A DNA stretch of 64,000 nucleotides, from positions 248,001 to 312,000 of the forward strand of contig BAAIJX010000017.1 in the NCBI GenBank assembly GCA_054600435.1, in the 5' to 3' direction. The translations under genes and the position numbers were made by a program. The DNA is from Neophaeotheca triangularis (Eukaryota). Positions 61,826 to 64,000 of this stretch are shown here, piece after piece (positions within the stretch are counted from its first letter, which is position 1; the number at the start of each line of letters is the position of its first letter). Under the pieces are notes generated by a model. That model made no database searches, was not told where the DNA came from, and was given only the letters and a program-made list of their open reading frames with translations.

Positions 61826-62131
61826 AGGGTAGATGGCCAGCAAGAGACTGCTGTGGTTTCCTGTGACTTCCCATGTGTGTGAGCCCAGCCACTGACAGAA
61901 ATGAGCGTCGTTTACTTCCTCAGTAGGAAGCCGCTTGAGATGGACATGAATTGTTTGTGAGGAATATAACCTCGACTGCAGAAAGCGCTGATTATGCAAG
62001 CAATCATAGACAGGACAAGACAGGACCTCAGTAGGCAGTGTTGAGACTACTATACCACCCGCAAAACCCAGGGTATCGAACTCCACGCACCAGACCTCAC
62101 CACTCCCTCATCCTCATCTCCCACCACAAAC

Positions 62132-64000
62132 TCAAATACTAGCCCTCCTAGGCGCCATAGTGCGCCTCAAATTCCGCTTCTCCTCGCCCTCCTCCACAAC
62201 AGGCAAAACTCCCTTCTCCCGCAACTCTCCCAAATACTTCTTCCCAAACTGATACCCGACCTGGTAAATCTCATCGAACTTGCTAAACTCCAACGTCCCG
62301 TACCCTTCCACCGGGGGCCGCATATACCTCACCCCGGGCATGCTTTTCGCACGCTCCAGAGCATCCACCGAGCTCACGTAGGCCAGCCTAGCTTGGATCT
62401 CGGAAAGCGTGGGCGGGTTTGGGTGCGAGGAAAAGGGGTTCCAGCGGTTGAGGCTGGCCCAGAAGCCCGAGAGTGAGTCGCCATAGTGTTGGGCTTGGTC
62501 GTCGTCAAGAGCACCAACGTCGATGGCGAAGATGACGTCGGCGCCGAGGGATTTCATGTGCGAGACGGTCAGGTTGTCAACGTAGCCGCCGTCGAGCAGC
62601 ATGTTGCCCTCGTCACACATAGGCGGAGTCAGGCCTGCGAGCGACATGGAAGCGCGTACGTAGCGCCAAACGTAGCCCGAGGTGTGGATCTCGGAGCGTG
62701 ATTTGGAGATGTTGGTTGTATTGCAGTAGTATTCGAGCCAGAAGTCTTCGATCTGGCTGTCGCCGAAGGTCTTGAAGATACCACGGTTGAATTCGTGCCC
62801 CGTCGTGTAGGAGGCGCTCGGGTACGTGACGTCGAGCGCGAAGCGCCACATACTGCCCATGCGGCCGGAGAATTTCTTCGCGCGGCCGTACATTGGGACT
62901 ACGTCGGCATCCCAGGCGTAGAGGGCGCCGATGAAGGCGCCGATGGAGGTGCCGCCTACGATGTCGATGGGCAGGCCTGCTTCTTCGAGGGCGCGGATGA
63001 CACCGACATGCGCGATACCTCGGGCACCGCCTCCACCGAGGACGAGACCTACGCTTCGACCGCAGAGACGGCGGGCTAGGCGGTGGAAGTCGCCTTTGAA
63101 AGGCGTCTCGGCGCTGTAGAGGGGAGTCTGACGCACGCGCTTCGAGGTATACTTTTGAATCTCGGCCTGGAGCACTTGCACACGTTGCTTGAGAGCGTTT
63201 CCAAATCGTTTGATTTGTGGGTGAACTGGCTCTGCCGTCGAGTGGAAAGACATTTGTACGTGGTGGTGGCCGCCATTGATCCAGGTGCGATTACGCAGCC
63301 AGCGGCGTGTGAGGCCAGGAGGGCAATAACGCTCGCTGTGGAGGAGTACGAGTTCTTTTCGTGCCGTTGTCTTTGTGGTCAGCAAGAAGCGCTCATATTC
63401 GCCAATGCTAGGTGAGCCCTCTGCAAGGCCGACGAGGTAGATGCAGTCGGCTTGGCTGATGCAAGTCTGGGTCCAGGGTGATTTGACGCTGGTATCGGCG
63501 ATGTAGAGCACCAGTCCGTACTTCTCTTCAAGGTCCGCGAGGTACTGCGAAAGCTTGAGCTTGCCCATGCGACTAAATGCGTGCCGGCCCAGGTGATTCA
63601 GGATGGATGCTTGATTGAGAGTGGTAACTCCATTAGCTGTGCCGATCTGAGTTAATGCCGTTTGCAACCTGTTGCCGAATTCAACGACCGGAACTCCAGC
63701 TGTACAAGGTACGATTGCCACTGTCCGAAGGTTGACCGTAGAAGTAGCCATCGATCGCGATACCGACATCTTCGCTTCAGTGCTAGGCTCCGTCATCGGG
63801 TCTTCGATCAACGCTCGCATACGAGAAGCGATTATCTTCGAAACCTTGATAGTGATACCTGGATGCTCCTGTGCGAGACTGTTGAAAAGTGTCTTGGGAA
63901 ATTTGGCTAGCTCCGTATCCCGTATAGCATGCAACGTTCCGGGCCTTGGTGACTCTGTAAGCACCTCCAACTCGCCAACACTCTCACCCTGTCCGTACTC
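62132..64000 (-). CDS. NTE1: Lysophospholipase NTE1 (patatin plus cNMP-binding domains), 3' part
   Basis: Patatin motifs GGGGARG, GTSIG and DGG. cNMP-domain end [24 protein letters not shown]-terminus RRASI. The gene runs off the window end. Confidence 0.95.
   Translation of the reverse strand, partial: EYGQGESVGELEVLTESPRPGTLHAIRDTELAKFPKTLFNSLAQEHPGITIKVSKIIASRMRALIEDPMTEPSTEAKMSVSRSMATSTVNLRTVAIVPCTAGVPVVEFGNRLQTALTQIGTANGVTTLNQASILNHLGRHAFSRMGKLKLSQYLADLEEKYGLVLYIADTSVKSPWTQTCISQADCIYLVGLAEGSPSIGEYERFLLTTKTTARKELVLLHSERYCPPGLTRRWLRNRTWINGGHHHVQMSFHSTAEPVHPQIKRFGNALKQRVQVLQAEIQKYTSKRVRQTPLYSAETPFKGDFHRLARRLCGRSVGLVLGGGGARGIAHVGVIRALEEAGLPIDIVGGTSIGAFIGALYAWDADVVPMYGRAKKFSGRMGSMWRFALDVTYPSASYTTGHEFNRGIFKTFGDSQIEDFWLEYYCNTTNISKSRSEIHTSGYVWRYVRASMSLAGLTPPMCDEGNMLLDGGYVDNLTVSHMKSLGADVIFAIDVGALDDDQAQHYGDSLSGFWASLNRWNPFSSHPNPPTLSEIQARLAYVSSVDALERAKSMPGVRYMRPPVEGYGTLEFSKFDEIYQVGYQFGKKYLGELREKGVLPVVEEGEEKRNLRRTMAPRRASI

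Overview
This is a fungal (filamentous ascomycete, Dothideomycete-like) genomic window. Two gene-dense arms with spliceosomal introns flank a ~30 kb block of transposons heavily mutated by repeat-induced point mutation (RIP) at 13457-43389. Left arm: RRM-like gene (partial), secreted SGNH hydrolase with FG-GAP-like repeats, a long low-complexity gene, and glycine decarboxylase GCV2. Right arm: NIC96, two small hypothetical genes, GDT1, a Myb/telobox-like gene, a tubulin-tyrosine-ligase-family gene, RNH202, MCM10 and NTE1 (partial). The TE block is a four-level nest with every boundary and target-site duplication (TSD) readable. A PIF/Harbinger DNA transposon (29-bp TIRs, TAA TSD) contains chromovirus A (TSD GTTAG). 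A contains a large non-chromodomain Ty3/gypsy element B (4-bp TSD CTAC), and B contains chromovirus C (TSD AGTAG). The best novelty candidate is element B. After pol it carries an extra ~1000-codon sense ORF whose RIP-corrected translation ends in an Fe(II)/2-oxoglutarate dioxygenase-like domain (HxD...H...R). It also carries 14 copies of a 25-bp palindrome arranged in its LTRs, inside pol, and upstream of that ORF. Together these suggest an enzyme-plus-target-site (possibly anti-silencing) system; this is inference. Chromoviruses A and C each carry an intron-containing antisense gene with a Cys6 motif. All TE translations are manual and depend on reverting RIP changes; no database searches were run.
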